From Balneolaceae bacterium (lineage in GTDB: Bacteria; Bacteroidota; Rhodothermia; Balneolales; Natronogracilivirgulaceae): 59,287 bases of DNA. The stretch is taken from the NCBI GenBank assembly GCA_007693825.1, contig RECX01000230.1, positions 1 through 59,287 on the forward strand, in the 5' to 3' direction. Both the position numbers and the translations under genes were made by a program. Each line of letters opens with the position of its first letter. Position 1 is the stretch's first letter. Of this stretch, positions 1-8,911 are shown piece after piece. The notes beneath the pieces are model-generated. The model had not been told where the DNA came from. It ran no database searches and was given only the letters and a program-made list of their open reading frames with translations.

Positions 1-55
1 ACCGTCATGGACATTCTATGTGACCTTATGAATCAGAAATTATAAACACATGAAA
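1..55 (+). repeat. Dispersed intergenic repeat, copy C1, with its 5' part cut off by the window edge. Its 3' end, ...ATTATAAACAC|ATGAAA, supplies the start codon of the helicase gene.
   Basis: accGTCATGGACATTCTATGTGACCttATGAATCAGaAATTATAAACACATGAAA aligns almost base-for-base with 39059-39111 and 39160-39213. Confidence 0.85.
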
Positions 56-2044
56 CGATTCGTATTACAACAGGATACCGGACGTACGAGCGACACCTCG
101 TACCACATAGCTTATGACGAACTGCTTAACGAACAGCAGTACCAGGCTGTTATGCACGATCGCGGACCGGCACTGGTTATCGCCGGAGCCGGGACCGGCA
201 AAACACGAACACTGGTCTACCGCGTTGCCCGGCTCGTTGAAGACGGTATGGAACCCCGGTCGATCCTCTTGCTTACCTTTACACGCCGCGCTGCAAGAGA
301 GATGCTGGACAAAGCCGCCAGTGTACTGGATGAACGATGTTCTCATGTAAAAGGAGGGACCTTTCACCACTATTGCAACCAGCTGCTTCATACCTATTCC
401 GAACACCTCGGCTTCCCACCCAATTTTACACTGCTTGACCAGCCCGATGCCGCCGACACCATCCACTACGTCCGCGCACCTCTTGCCGCAAAACTGAGAG
501 GAAAACGATTTCCCCAAAAGAATACCCTCCTGGCGATATTCTCCGCGTCTGTCAACCGCCAGCAGCCTCTGTACGACGTCCTTGCTTCCGCCTATCCACA
601 GTTTCTCCCGCATCATGATGCCATCCTCGAAGTCCAGAAAAGATACTCTGAATATAAAAGTATGAATGGTGTAATGGATTTTGACGATTTGCTTGTATAT
701 ACCCAAAAGCTTCTTATGGAAAATGAGGATATCCGCACCAGGATATCTTCAAGAAACAGACAGGTCATGGTGGATGAATACCAGGACACCAACGCTCTTC
801 AGGCAAGACTGGCAAGGCTTTTCAGTTCGGAAAATGGGAACCTGATGGCTGTTGGTGATGATGCACAGAGCATCTATGCCTTTCGCGGCGCCGACTTCCG
901 TAACATCCTCACATTCCCGGAACAATTTGAGGAATGCCGGATCATCCGCCTGGAAGAAAATTACCGTTCGGCGCAACCCGTGTTGGACCTCGCCAATACT
1001 TTAATAAGCAAAGCAACTCAGAAATTTGATAAAAAGCTTTTCACACGTAAAGAGGGGGGGGATCTGCCCGGCCTGGTGAAGGCTCCCTGTGAACGGGACC
1101 AATCCCGGTTTGTATGCCAGATGTTGCTTCAGCTCAGGGAACTGGGTCTCTCACTGGGTGACATTGCCATATTGTTCCGCAACGGCCGCGATTCCTACGA
1201 CCTGGAATGGGAGCTCAACAAAAGAAACATACCATTTCAGAAATTTGGTGGTCAAAAATTCTCAGAAGCGGCACATATCCGTGATATTCTTGCACATCTC
1301 AGGATAATTGTAAATCCCGATGACCAAATTGCATGGAATCGCGTACTTCTGCTGCTGGATGGTATAGGACCAAAAACGGCACAGGAACTGATTTCGTGGC
1401 TTCGCAGGAATAAAAACCGGGACTTCAGCGACTCCGGATTGGTCAGCAAGTCGTACCAGCAGCAACTCGAACAGCTCAGCATCGTGCTGGAGGACCTGAA
1501 CAAGTACCGGGATCTGCCAGGCAAAGCGGTAGCTGCAGCTGTAGCATACTATAATCCCATTTGCAGCAAACGGTTTGATGATCATCCGAAACGGCTCAAG
1601 GACCTTGACTCCTTCGCCGGACTGGCCACATCATATAAAAATATTGACACCCTCCTGCAGGAGCTTACCCTTGATCCACTTGACGCAACCGCTGTGGAAA
1701 CAGAGGCATCCGTGAAGGACGAGGATCCACTGGTTTTGAGTACGATTCATTCCGCCAAGGGTCTGGAATGGGACACCGTTTTCATTGTTCAGTGCCTTGA
1801 CGGAATCATTCCTTCCGGATATTCCGTGGACGACCCGCAAGCCCTTGATGAAGAATTAAGACTGCTCTACGTCGCCTGCACGCGTGCCAAAGAGAGACTT
1901 TTTGTAACCTACCCGATCACAAAAGAGAGTTCGTTCGGAGAGTACTTCTCAAATCCCTCACGATTCCTCAACGGCATTCCGGAAAAAACACTGGAAACAT
2001 GGATGCTGGAGGAAGAGTCCTCTCCGAAACAGCTCACATCGTAG
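50..2044 (+). CDS. UvrD/Rep/PcrA-family ATP-dependent DNA helicase
   Basis: 664-aa ORF with Walker A AGAGTGKT, motif II DEYQDTN, and late SF1 motifs TIHSAKGLEWD and LLYVACTRAKERL. Confidence 0.92.
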   Translation: MKRFVLQQDTGRTSDTSYHIAYDELLNEQQYQAVMHDRGPALVIAGAGTGKTRTLVYRVARLVEDGMEPRSILLLTFTRRAAREMLDKAASVLDERCSHVKGGTFHHYCNQLLHTYSEHLGFPPNFTLLDQPDAADTIHYVRAPLAAKLRGKRFPQKNTLLAIFSASVNRQQPLYDVLASAYPQFLPHHDAILEVQKRYSEYKSMNGVMDFDDLLVYTQKLLMENEDIRTRISSRNRQVMVDEYQDTNALQARLARLFSSENGNLMAVGDDAQSIYAFRGADFRNILTFPEQFEECRIIRLEENYRSAQPVLDLANTLISKATQKFDKKLFTRKEGGDLPGLVKAPCERDQSRFVCQMLLQLRELGLSLGDIAILFRNGRDSYDLEWELNKRNIPFQKFGGQKFSEAAHIRDILAHLRIIVNPDDQIAWNRVLLLLDGIGPKTAQELISWLRRNKNRDFSDSGLVSKSYQQQLEQLSIVLEDLNKYRDLPGKAVAAAVAYYNPICSKRFDDHPKRLKDLDSFAGLATSYKNIDTLLQELTLDPLDATAVETEASVKDEDPLVLSTIHSAKGLEWDTVFIVQCLDGIIPSGYSVDDPQALDEELRLLYVACTRAKERLFVTYPITKESSFGEYFSNPSRFLNGIPEKTLETWMLEEESSPKQLTS

Positions 2045-2137
2045 CACCTGTTCATCCTGCTCTCAAAATAGCATACTTTGTTTATTAAAGTATACTTTTC
2101 GATAACACTGCAGCTGGTGAGCAGGCGGGGCGGAGAT

Positions 2138-2377
2138 TCAGTCCTTTTCCAACTTCAGGATTTTATACTGCCGGTACATGTCTTTTGCAAGCCAAATGAG
2201 GGCGTAGGGCGGCAATAAAATGAACAGTACCGTGATAAAGAGCTTTCGCCTCTGGGAATAGGGGTATTCATGCAGGCCGGAAATCGCTGCAATCCATAAT
2301 ATTGCAAATGTAAAGGCGATCAATGCAACTAAAATGGAACCTATTGTTCCAAATTGCTCGTGTATATAGTGCAGCAT
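2138..2377 (-). CDS. Small hypothetical membrane protein (79 aa, two predicted TM helices)
   Basis: An internal ATG (MLHYIHEQFG...) avoids overlap with der. It has two hydrophobic stretches. The longer 129-aa ORF version would overlap the der start. Confidence 0.5.
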   Translation of the reverse strand: MLHYIHEQFGTIGSILVALIAFTFAILWIAAISGLHEYPYSQRRKLFITVLFILLPPYALIWLAKDMYRQYKILKLEKD

Positions 2378-2468
2378 ATCCGTTTTTTTACTGAGAGAAC
2401 GATGTGTATCTTTGAAAGATAAAAAAACTTTCTCTGTAAAATGAGATTTCTCCTCAATTTCGATACAT

Positions 2469-3776
2469 ATGCTGCCTGTAGTAGCCATAGTCGGCCGCCC
2501 CAATGTCGGTAAATCAACGCTCTTCAACCGCCTGCTGGGAGAGCGCCAGGCTATCGTACATGGTGAACCCGGTGTAACAAGGGATCGCCACTACGGCGAG
2601 AGCTTCTGGAATGGACGGGATTTCACTGTTATTGACACAGGCGGCTATCTGCCCGGCAAGGGCGATGTCATTGTTTCCGGCATCCGCAACCAGGTCGAGC
2701 TTGCCATCCGCGAAGCCGATGTGATCCTCTTCGTGGTGGATGTTATGCAAGGCATTACCACAGAAGATGATGCCGTGACCGACATGCTTCGTAAACAGAA
2801 AAAACCTGTCGTCCTGGCCGTAAACAAGTCGGACAACAGCGAAAAAGCGATGCTTGCCCCGGAATTCTACCGCCTTGGTTTTGATGAGCTTTTCCCCGTT
2901 TCAGCCCTGTCGGGTTCCGGTACAGGAGAGCTTCTCGACCGGCTGGTGGATTTGCTTCCATCGCCAAAAGCGCATCAGGAAGAGGAGAAATGGCCGAAAC
3001 TGGCCGTAATCGGCAGACCTAATGTGGGCAAAAGCAGTTTCATCAATGCGCTGCTTAATGATGAGCGCTGCATTGTCACGGAAATCGCCGGGACCACACG
3101 CGATTCGGTGAACAGCCTGCTGAAATACAAGGACAGCAAATACACGCTTATCGATACGGCCGGACTGCGAAAACGCTCCCGCGTACAGGAGAATATCGAG
3201 TTTTACAGCCTTATCCGGACCGAGAAAAGCATCCGCGAATGTGATGTTGCCATCCTTCTGGTAGACGCTTCCCAGGGGTTCGAAGTCCAGGATGCACGAC
3301 TGCTGCGGCAGGCAGAACAGTTTAACAAGGGAATGATTATCGCCCTGAACAAATGGGACCTGATCGAAAAGGAAACAAATACGGCCCGGGATTTCATGGA
3401 AAACGTGTTCCGTAAGATTCCAACGCTCAAATACGTCCCAGTTATAACCATTTCCGCGCTTACCGGACAGCGAATCCACCGGGTAATCGATGAAGCAGTG
3501 GAGGTTCTGGAGCACAGGAACAAAAAGATATCCACGTCGGAACTGAACCGGTTTCTCAAGGAAATCACTGCGCAGCGCCCGCTTCCTTACGCCAGAGGAC
3601 ATCAGCTTACCATAAAATATGTCACACAGGTAAAGAGCAAACCTCCTGTCTTTGCATTCTTCATGAACATGCCCCGGGAACTTCCGGCAAACTACAGACG
3701 ATATATTGAAAACCAGCTGCGTGCGAGATTTGAGTTTAAAGGTGTTCCCGTAACCATGGTTTTCAAGGAAAAATAA
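2469..3776 (+). CDS. der: Ribosome-biogenesis GTPase Der (EngA)
   Basis: Two tandem G domains (GRPNVGKSTLFN and GRPNVGKSSFIN, DTGG/DTAG, NKSD/NKWD) plus a KH-like C-terminus. Confidence 0.95.
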   Translation: MLPVVAIVGRPNVGKSTLFNRLLGERQAIVHGEPGVTRDRHYGESFWNGRDFTVIDTGGYLPGKGDVIVSGIRNQVELAIREADVILFVVDVMQGITTEDDAVTDMLRKQKKPVVLAVNKSDNSEKAMLAPEFYRLGFDELFPVSALSGSGTGELLDRLVDLLPSPKAHQEEEKWPKLAVIGRPNVGKSSFINALLNDERCIVTEIAGTTRDSVNSLLKYKDSKYTLIDTAGLRKRSRVQENIEFYSLIRTEKSIRECDVAILLVDASQGFEVQDARLLRQAEQFNKGMIIALNKWDLIEKETNTARDFMENVFRKIPTLKYVPVITISALTGQRIHRVIDEAVEVLEHRNKKISTSELNRFLKEITAQRPLPYARGHQLTIKYVTQVKSKPPVFAFFMNMPRELPANYRRYIENQLRARFEFKGVPVTMVFKEK

Positions 3777-3898
3777 GTTCTTGACCACGCATTCTACGAC
3801 AGATTTCTTTGATGGAAGTTGCACATGCGTTATTTTTAATGATGCCGCGAAACAGGCATCCCAGCTTATCATTTTTACCCTGCGATTCGTAATTCACC

Positions 3899-4585
3899 AT
3901 GTCCGATAACCTTGAGATCCCAAGAACCAATGCGAAAGTAAGCGACCCCACCAGGGAACGCTCGCTTAACTTCCTGGAAAAAATATATCTTCCGGAGATA
4001 TTCCGGGGGATGTGGTACACGCTGAAACAGATGTTCCAGCCCAAATTCACCATGAAGTATCCGGAGGAACGTTTTGATCCGCCACCCATTTTCCGCGGCC
4101 GGCCTGTACTGGTCGAGGATGACGGGCAGGAACGCTGTGTGGCATGCGGTCTCTGCGCACGCGCCTGCCCGCCGCTTGCCATCAGCATGCAGGCTTCCGA
4201 AGACAGCGATGATCCGAAAGAGAGATATCCGGATTTCTTTGAGATCAACATGCTGCGCTGCATCTACTGCGGATACTGCGAAGAGGTATGTCCGGAAGAA
4301 GCTATCGTGATGAGCAAGGATTACGACCTGGTTTTTGAGGCAAGGGAAGAGGCCGTATACGATAAATCCAAACTTCTTGTATCCAAAGAAGAGCTGAAAG
4401 AGCGCCTGGAGTATCTCAGGGAATACAAAAACCGGCAATTCGGTCAATTCTGGAATTTCAACGAGGAAAACAACATCCATTCGGTACGCAATCGTGACAA
4501 ACGATGGGAAACCAGTCTTTCCCTTGTGGAAATGATCGAAGAACAGCGCAAACAAGGCAAGCAACCTGAACTGGATCGGGACTGA
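3899..4585 (+). CDS. nuoI: NADH-quinone oxidoreductase subunit I (2x[4Fe-4S] ferredoxin type), with N- and C-terminal extensions
   Basis: [12 protein letters not shown] and [12 protein letters not shown] motifs and the YPEERF...FRG signature typical of NuoI. It lies about 51 kb from nuoA-F. Confidence 0.85.
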   Translation: MSDNLEIPRTNAKVSDPTRERSLNFLEKIYLPEIFRGMWYTLKQMFQPKFTMKYPEERFDPPPIFRGRPVLVEDDGQERCVACGLCARACPPLAISMQASEDSDDPKERYPDFFEINMLRCIYCGYCEEVCPEEAIVMSKDYDLVFEAREEAVYDKSKLLVSKEELKERLEYLREYKNRQFGQFWNFNEENNIHSVRNRDKRWETSLSLVEMIEEQRKQGKQPELDRD

Positions 4586-4631
4586 TCTGCCACCATTCGC
4601 TTTTTAAAACAAAGCGGAGTTATAACGTTCC

Positions 4632-5165
4632 ATGCCATTGCACGAAAACCCTACAAATGAACCGAAAGACGTATTTTTTCGGAATCTCATTCAGGATGCG
4701 GCCTGGCTGACAGAGGAGCTTGAATCCCTGAAACAGATGCTCCCGGATATACCGTATGCTGACCGCCCTATGGGCCAGGAGTCCGTGCTCGACGTGCTGG
4801 CCAGGATCGGGACGGCTCACGATCGATTTTTCTTGCCAATTCTTGTCAGTGTGCAGAGGGGGGAGGCCAACGCTGCTTCCGGTCTGAGTATTGACTTTGA
4901 GACCCGTCTCAAAAATGTGACCACCTCTGAAGAAGATCCGCTAAGGCTACTGGATACGCTCATCAGTCAGCGTATTGACTTTGTTGCGTTGCTTGAAAAA
5001 ATGGATGCCTCCTTGATTCAACAAAAAATCACATTCAAAGATGGGGAATTGGACTTTTTGACCCTGATTGCAAGGATGACCCGCTTTGACAGAAACCAGT
5101 TGAAACTAATTGCCGAAAGAATGCTTGCCATGGATGCAAAACGGAATGTTCCGATCGATAGATGA
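4632..5165 (+). CDS. Hypothetical protein (177 aa, predicted helical, no recognisable motif)
   Basis: Clean ORF on the same strand, 46 nt after nuoI. Coding-like composition. Confidence 0.55.
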   Translation: MPLHENPTNEPKDVFFRNLIQDAAWLTEELESLKQMLPDIPYADRPMGQESVLDVLARIGTAHDRFFLPILVSVQRGEANAASGLSIDFETRLKNVTTSEEDPLRLLDTLISQRIDFVALLEKMDASLIQQKITFKDGELDFLTLIARMTRFDRNQLKLIAERMLAMDAKRNVPIDR

Positions 5166-5216
5166 CAACCGATTGAATAACGTTTATTCGTTCATTATGT
5201 AAATTATTATTACCAT

Positions 5217-5864
5217 ATGACTGGACTTTCAGGTGTTATACTGTTTATAGTATCGTTCTATGCGACATTCAATTTCTTTCGACTGTATGTCATGGACAGA
5301 AAAATATTTCATTTCTGCATGGGAACCACAGCAGCATTTCTGGCCCTTTACGGTGCGTCAGCATTTCTCGCTCTTTTTTTCCCGGTACTGGATCCGGAAT
5401 TCATAGGAGAGTGGTCTACCGTCTTTTCTGTTTCATTCCTTCTTTCAGCCGCAGCGGCTCTTGTTCGGGACTTTAAACCGGTATTTTCAAGATTCCCGAA
5501 ATCATTCACTTTCATACCTCTTGTATTAATTGTCATGTATCCAATGATCATAGACACTGTCGTGGTAAAATATTGGGTCCTGGGACTCTATCAGGGCAGT
5601 GCACTGCTCATCGCATTACTAATTTACGCCTTCCGGACATACGAGAACAGCGATTATGCCTACATGCTTGTAGGGGTCATCTTTTTTGCCATAACATTCT
5701 TGCTGTACTGGATCCCTGAGTCACTTTTCACTTTGCCTGTTTACGCCTGGATGATTTTGACAAGCTCCGGGATTCTCATATTGACCGTAGGCTACAATCG
5801 GGCATACAATCTTGATGAGCAGATCCTCGATCAGGAAAAACGAAAAGAGACCTGGTTCGCCTGA
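5217..5864 (+). CDS. Hypothetical polytopic membrane protein (about 6-7 TM)
   Basis: 215-aa ORF made almost entirely of hydrophobic helices, 51 nt after the preceding ORF. Confidence 0.6.
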   Translation: MTGLSGVILFIVSFYATFNFFRLYVMDRKIFHFCMGTTAAFLALYGASAFLALFFPVLDPEFIGEWSTVFSVSFLLSAAAALVRDFKPVFSRFPKSFTFIPLVLIVMYPMIIDTVVVKYWVLGLYQGSALLIALLIYAFRTYENSDYAYMLVGVIFFAITFLLYWIPESLFTLPVYAWMILTSSGILILTVGYNRAYNLDEQILDQEKRKETWFA

Positions 5865-6117
5865 GAACTTCAGGGAAGGGAAGGGTTATGCTATCAGCGT
5901 AAAATCAATTGTTGTCAGCCAGCAATATTTTCATATCCATGACTTTACATAATATTAATTATACGACTTTACTATATCGGACTATATGGAAAAACGGCCA
6001 GTAACATCTCGATTTTCTTGCCTTCATTGCCAGCACCTTGTCATCTCCATCGTCCCGGCCAGCTTTCATCACAACAAACACAAATTCATGAAACGAAATT
6101 ATTCCACGCATTCCGTT

Positions 6118-8799
6118 TCATTGTCCGTTCAGGGTTCTGTTGTATTCCAGTATCCTGATGGTGTCTTTAATGGTGCGAAGTTCATGCTCATCCATTTCTC
6201 TCTGATCCTTGGCCTCCCTGAGCAAATCAAGGTGTTCGTACGAACCTGTCGCTGCCAGACCGGCGTACGCATGCAATCGATAATCCCGGTTCGGGTCGCC
6301 GATCAACCTTCCAAAAAGAACCGCGACCCGCTCAGCTTTCCGCTCATCAAAAGCACCCACGGATTCTGCAAGGTATGACAACGCTAAATCCCTGTAACTG
6401 CGTCTTCCCGGATCATCAGCCAGCCCGACAAGCATATCCGTGGCATCCGGATCATCGGAAAGGATCAAGGCACGAACCACGGCATTCTTGATGACGTCCT
6501 GATACGATTCCAGCTCTGCATAGGGCGCAACCATGCCCGCCGTATGCTCCGGATAGAGCTCACCGGCCAGCACAATAGCATCTGCAGACACAAAGTAACT
6601 GGTATCAGCCATCATCGAAGCAATGTGATCACGCACTTTTTCTTGCAAATCTACTAAAGGTATTTCCATATTGCGCAATATGTTAAGGGATTCCCGCCTG
6701 ACTCTGTAATCAGGTTCCGTGCTGCTGGTAGCCCGCAGTACCATGGAAAGGGCCTGTTCCTGCTCATACATCCATGCATAATCCGCAATGAGCCCGTAAG
6801 CCGTCATGCGTATCCCCCAGAAAGAATCGTTCATGGCCACCTCAGCCACCTGATTCCTGATTGTCCGGTATTCCATATAATCCTCTGCCATGGAAAGCGC
6901 CTCTGCCCGTACCAGCAAATGATCGCTTTCAAGGCGTCGCGACAAGGAACTCATTGATATGTCCCTGAAATATTCAGCAAGCTGTACCCTTTTGGGATCC
7001 AGTACGATATCAATGATATTGTCATTTGCTTCGAAATAGAACGAATTTTCCGCTTCGTCGATTCTGATCCTTTGCCAGGCCTCCCCTCCTTCTGCCACAA
7101 TGAGTACTTCCGGGTAAAGCGAAAACAGGGGCTGCCGCAAGGTGTCGTGAACCTGCCGCACCGTCAACTCCGCTCTGTTTCCGGATATCTCATGCGAGAC
7201 ATCAAGATACGGGTGCCCGGGCTCCATAAACCATTGCTGTATAAAGGGCTGCAGGTCCATTCCGCTGACATCTTCAAAGACACTTTGAAAATCAAAGATA
7301 TCTACGGCATCAAATGCATGGCGCTCAAGCCAGAGCCGCACACCCCGCCACCAGATATCATCACCAAGGTAGTCATGCAGCATGCGCAGCACCTGTCCTG
7401 CTTTCTGGTACGTATGCCGGTCATACATGTCTTCCGGAATCGAATAGCGGTTGAAAATAATTGGACGGCGGTACTGTGCGGCTTCCGCAAAATACCGCAG
7501 GCGATCATTATGGTTTTTCCATAAATATTCGTCGGGCCCGTTGTTGTGCAGACGGTAGGCCGATTCGAAATAATTCGCAAAACCTTCATTCAACGGCAGA
7601 TTGGCCCAATCCTTGCAAGTCACAAGGTTGCCAAACCACTGGTGGATGATTTCATGCATGATCAGATCCTGATTGGACAGATCCCGGGCTGCCCTCGCAT
7701 CGAACTGCACCGCATCGTACAGCAGGGTTGCCGTTGTATTTTCCATGCCGCGTGCTATGAAATCATGGACCGGCGCCTGGGCATATACCGGATCCCATGG
7801 ATAGGGCATTTCAAGGATATCTTCGGAGAACTGCACCATGTCAGCGGTATTTTTGTAAATCTGATCTACAGTTTCTACAAACTGAGGCTCTACATAATAG
7901 CGATAGAGCAGATTTCCTTTTTTCTCTTCCACAATTTCGTATTCACCAACAGCCAGGACGAAAAGGTACGGTGCATGAGGCTGATGAAGCCTCCAGTAAT
8001 CTGTCCGCAGCGTATCTCCGGGCAGGATGCGGCTGTCCAGTAACAGTCCATTGGACAAGGTTTTAAACCGGTCGGGTACGGAGATCCATGTCTCCTGGGT
8101 GGCCCGCTCTGCCGGATGATCGATGGTTGGGAACCAGAAACTGTTATCCTCCGGCTGTCCCAGCGTCCATATCTGGGTAGGCGTAACAGGATCCTCGCCT
8201 CTTGGGTTTACAAAATAAAGTCCGCGCTGCGGCGGCGTCGATACAAACGAGATCCCGAGGACAAGTGTGTCGCCTTCCAGATAGTCCCGGTCGAGCTGGA
8301 TCGTGACAATAGCCGAATCCAGTTCATAGGTGAAGTTTCTATTGGCACGCACATCATATATGGAATCAAATTCCATAGTTTTTGCATCAATGATCAGCTC
8401 TGACTGCATATGGTTGCTTGTAAAAAGCATCTCCGTCTCCCCGACAACCTGTTCTTTCTCGAACCGGAACCTGACACTCAGTTTCTGGTGATGCAGGTTC
8501 CATGTACGCTCCCTGAGAACCTGTTCAGGTCCACCCGGGATAATCCAGCCCTCCTGCTCCTCAATGGGTTCATCCTGTGTTTCGGTCACAAAAAAGGCTG
8601 TGCAGGAAGCACTGAACGAAATCGTCAAAATAAGGGCGGCAAGAAATACGTTTTTCCTTATTACGGAAACGGAACCTGTCTCCCCCGGGTAATCCGTAAT
8701 GCTGCTCACGGACCGTGCATTTTGAGCAACCATACACGTTTCAGGTTCCTCCGGCGGGAAACCGACAGATGCTGAGAAAAAAAACGATGAGATTGACAT
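6118..8799 (-). CDS. pepN: M1-family aminopeptidase N-like metallopeptidase with a C-terminal HEAT/ARM-like region; probable lipoprotein
   Basis: GMEN motif (ARGMENTT), HEIIHQWFGN zinc site followed by NEGFANYFE, and an N-terminal LAALILTISFSASC lipobox-like signal. The start could instead be the ATG at 8733. Confidence 0.88.
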   Translation of the reverse strand: MSISSFFFSASVGFPPEEPETCMVAQNARSVSSITDYPGETGSVSVIRKNVFLAALILTISFSASCTAFFVTETQDEPIEEQEGWIIPGGPEQVLRERTWNLHHQKLSVRFRFEKEQVVGETEMLFTSNHMQSELIIDAKTMEFDSIYDVRANRNFTYELDSAIVTIQLDRDYLEGDTLVLGISFVSTPPQRGLYFVNPRGEDPVTPTQIWTLGQPEDNSFWFPTIDHPAERATQETWISVPDRFKTLSNGLLLDSRILPGDTLRTDYWRLHQPHAPYLFVLAVGEYEIVEEKKGNLLYRYYVEPQFVETVDQIYKNTADMVQFSEDILEMPYPWDPVYAQAPVHDFIARGMENTTATLLYDAVQFDARAARDLSNQDLIMHEIIHQWFGNLVTCKDWANLPLNEGFANYFESAYRLHNNGPDEYLWKNHNDRLRYFAEAAQYRRPIIFNRYSIPEDMYDRHTYQKAGQVLRMLHDYLGDDIWWRGVRLWLERHAFDAVDIFDFQSVFEDVSGMDLQPFIQQWFMEPGHPYLDVSHEISGNRAELTVRQVHDTLRQPLFSLYPEVLIVAEGGEAWQRIRIDEAENSFYFEANDNIIDIVLDPKRVQLAEYFRDISMSSLSRRLESDHLLVRAEALSMAEDYMEYRTIRNQVAEVAMNDSFWGIRMTAYGLIADYAWMYEQEQALSMVLRATSSTEPDYRVRRESLNILRNMEIPLVDLQEKVRDHIASMMADTSYFVSADAIVLAGELYPEHTAGMVAPYAELESYQDVIKNAVVRALILSDDPDATDMLVGLADDPGRRSYRDLALSYLAESVGAFDERKAERVAVLFGRLIGDPNRDYRLHAYAGLAATGSYEHLDLLREAKDQREMDEHELRTIKDTIRILEYNRTLNGQ

Positions 8800-8911
8800 A
8801 AAAAACGATCGAATGTGCTTTGATAAATGGACCAGCTCTTCCTATTATTACAAGCTGTGACAGATTCTGCAAATTTGGGAATTTTCCTCTTCTTTACAAA
8901 TATACCATACA

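Noticed and set aside
2138-2527. The full 129-aa version of the minus-strand ORF, overlapping the der start.
   Set aside because: The N-terminal 50 residues are antisense to the der P-loop region and are non-hydrophobic filler. The internal ATG at 2377 gives a compact two-TM protein with no overlap.
5865-6117. A gene-free 253-bp spacer between convergent genes. It contains a GACTTTAC direct repeat, a 50-codon minus-strand ORF (6111-5959) and the 5' part of track ORF 5986-6378.
   Set aside because: No motif, hairpin plus T-run, tRNA-like fold or coding signature could be supported by eye. The track ORF continues antisense into pepN. It may hide an sRNA or small protein, but I have no evidence for that.
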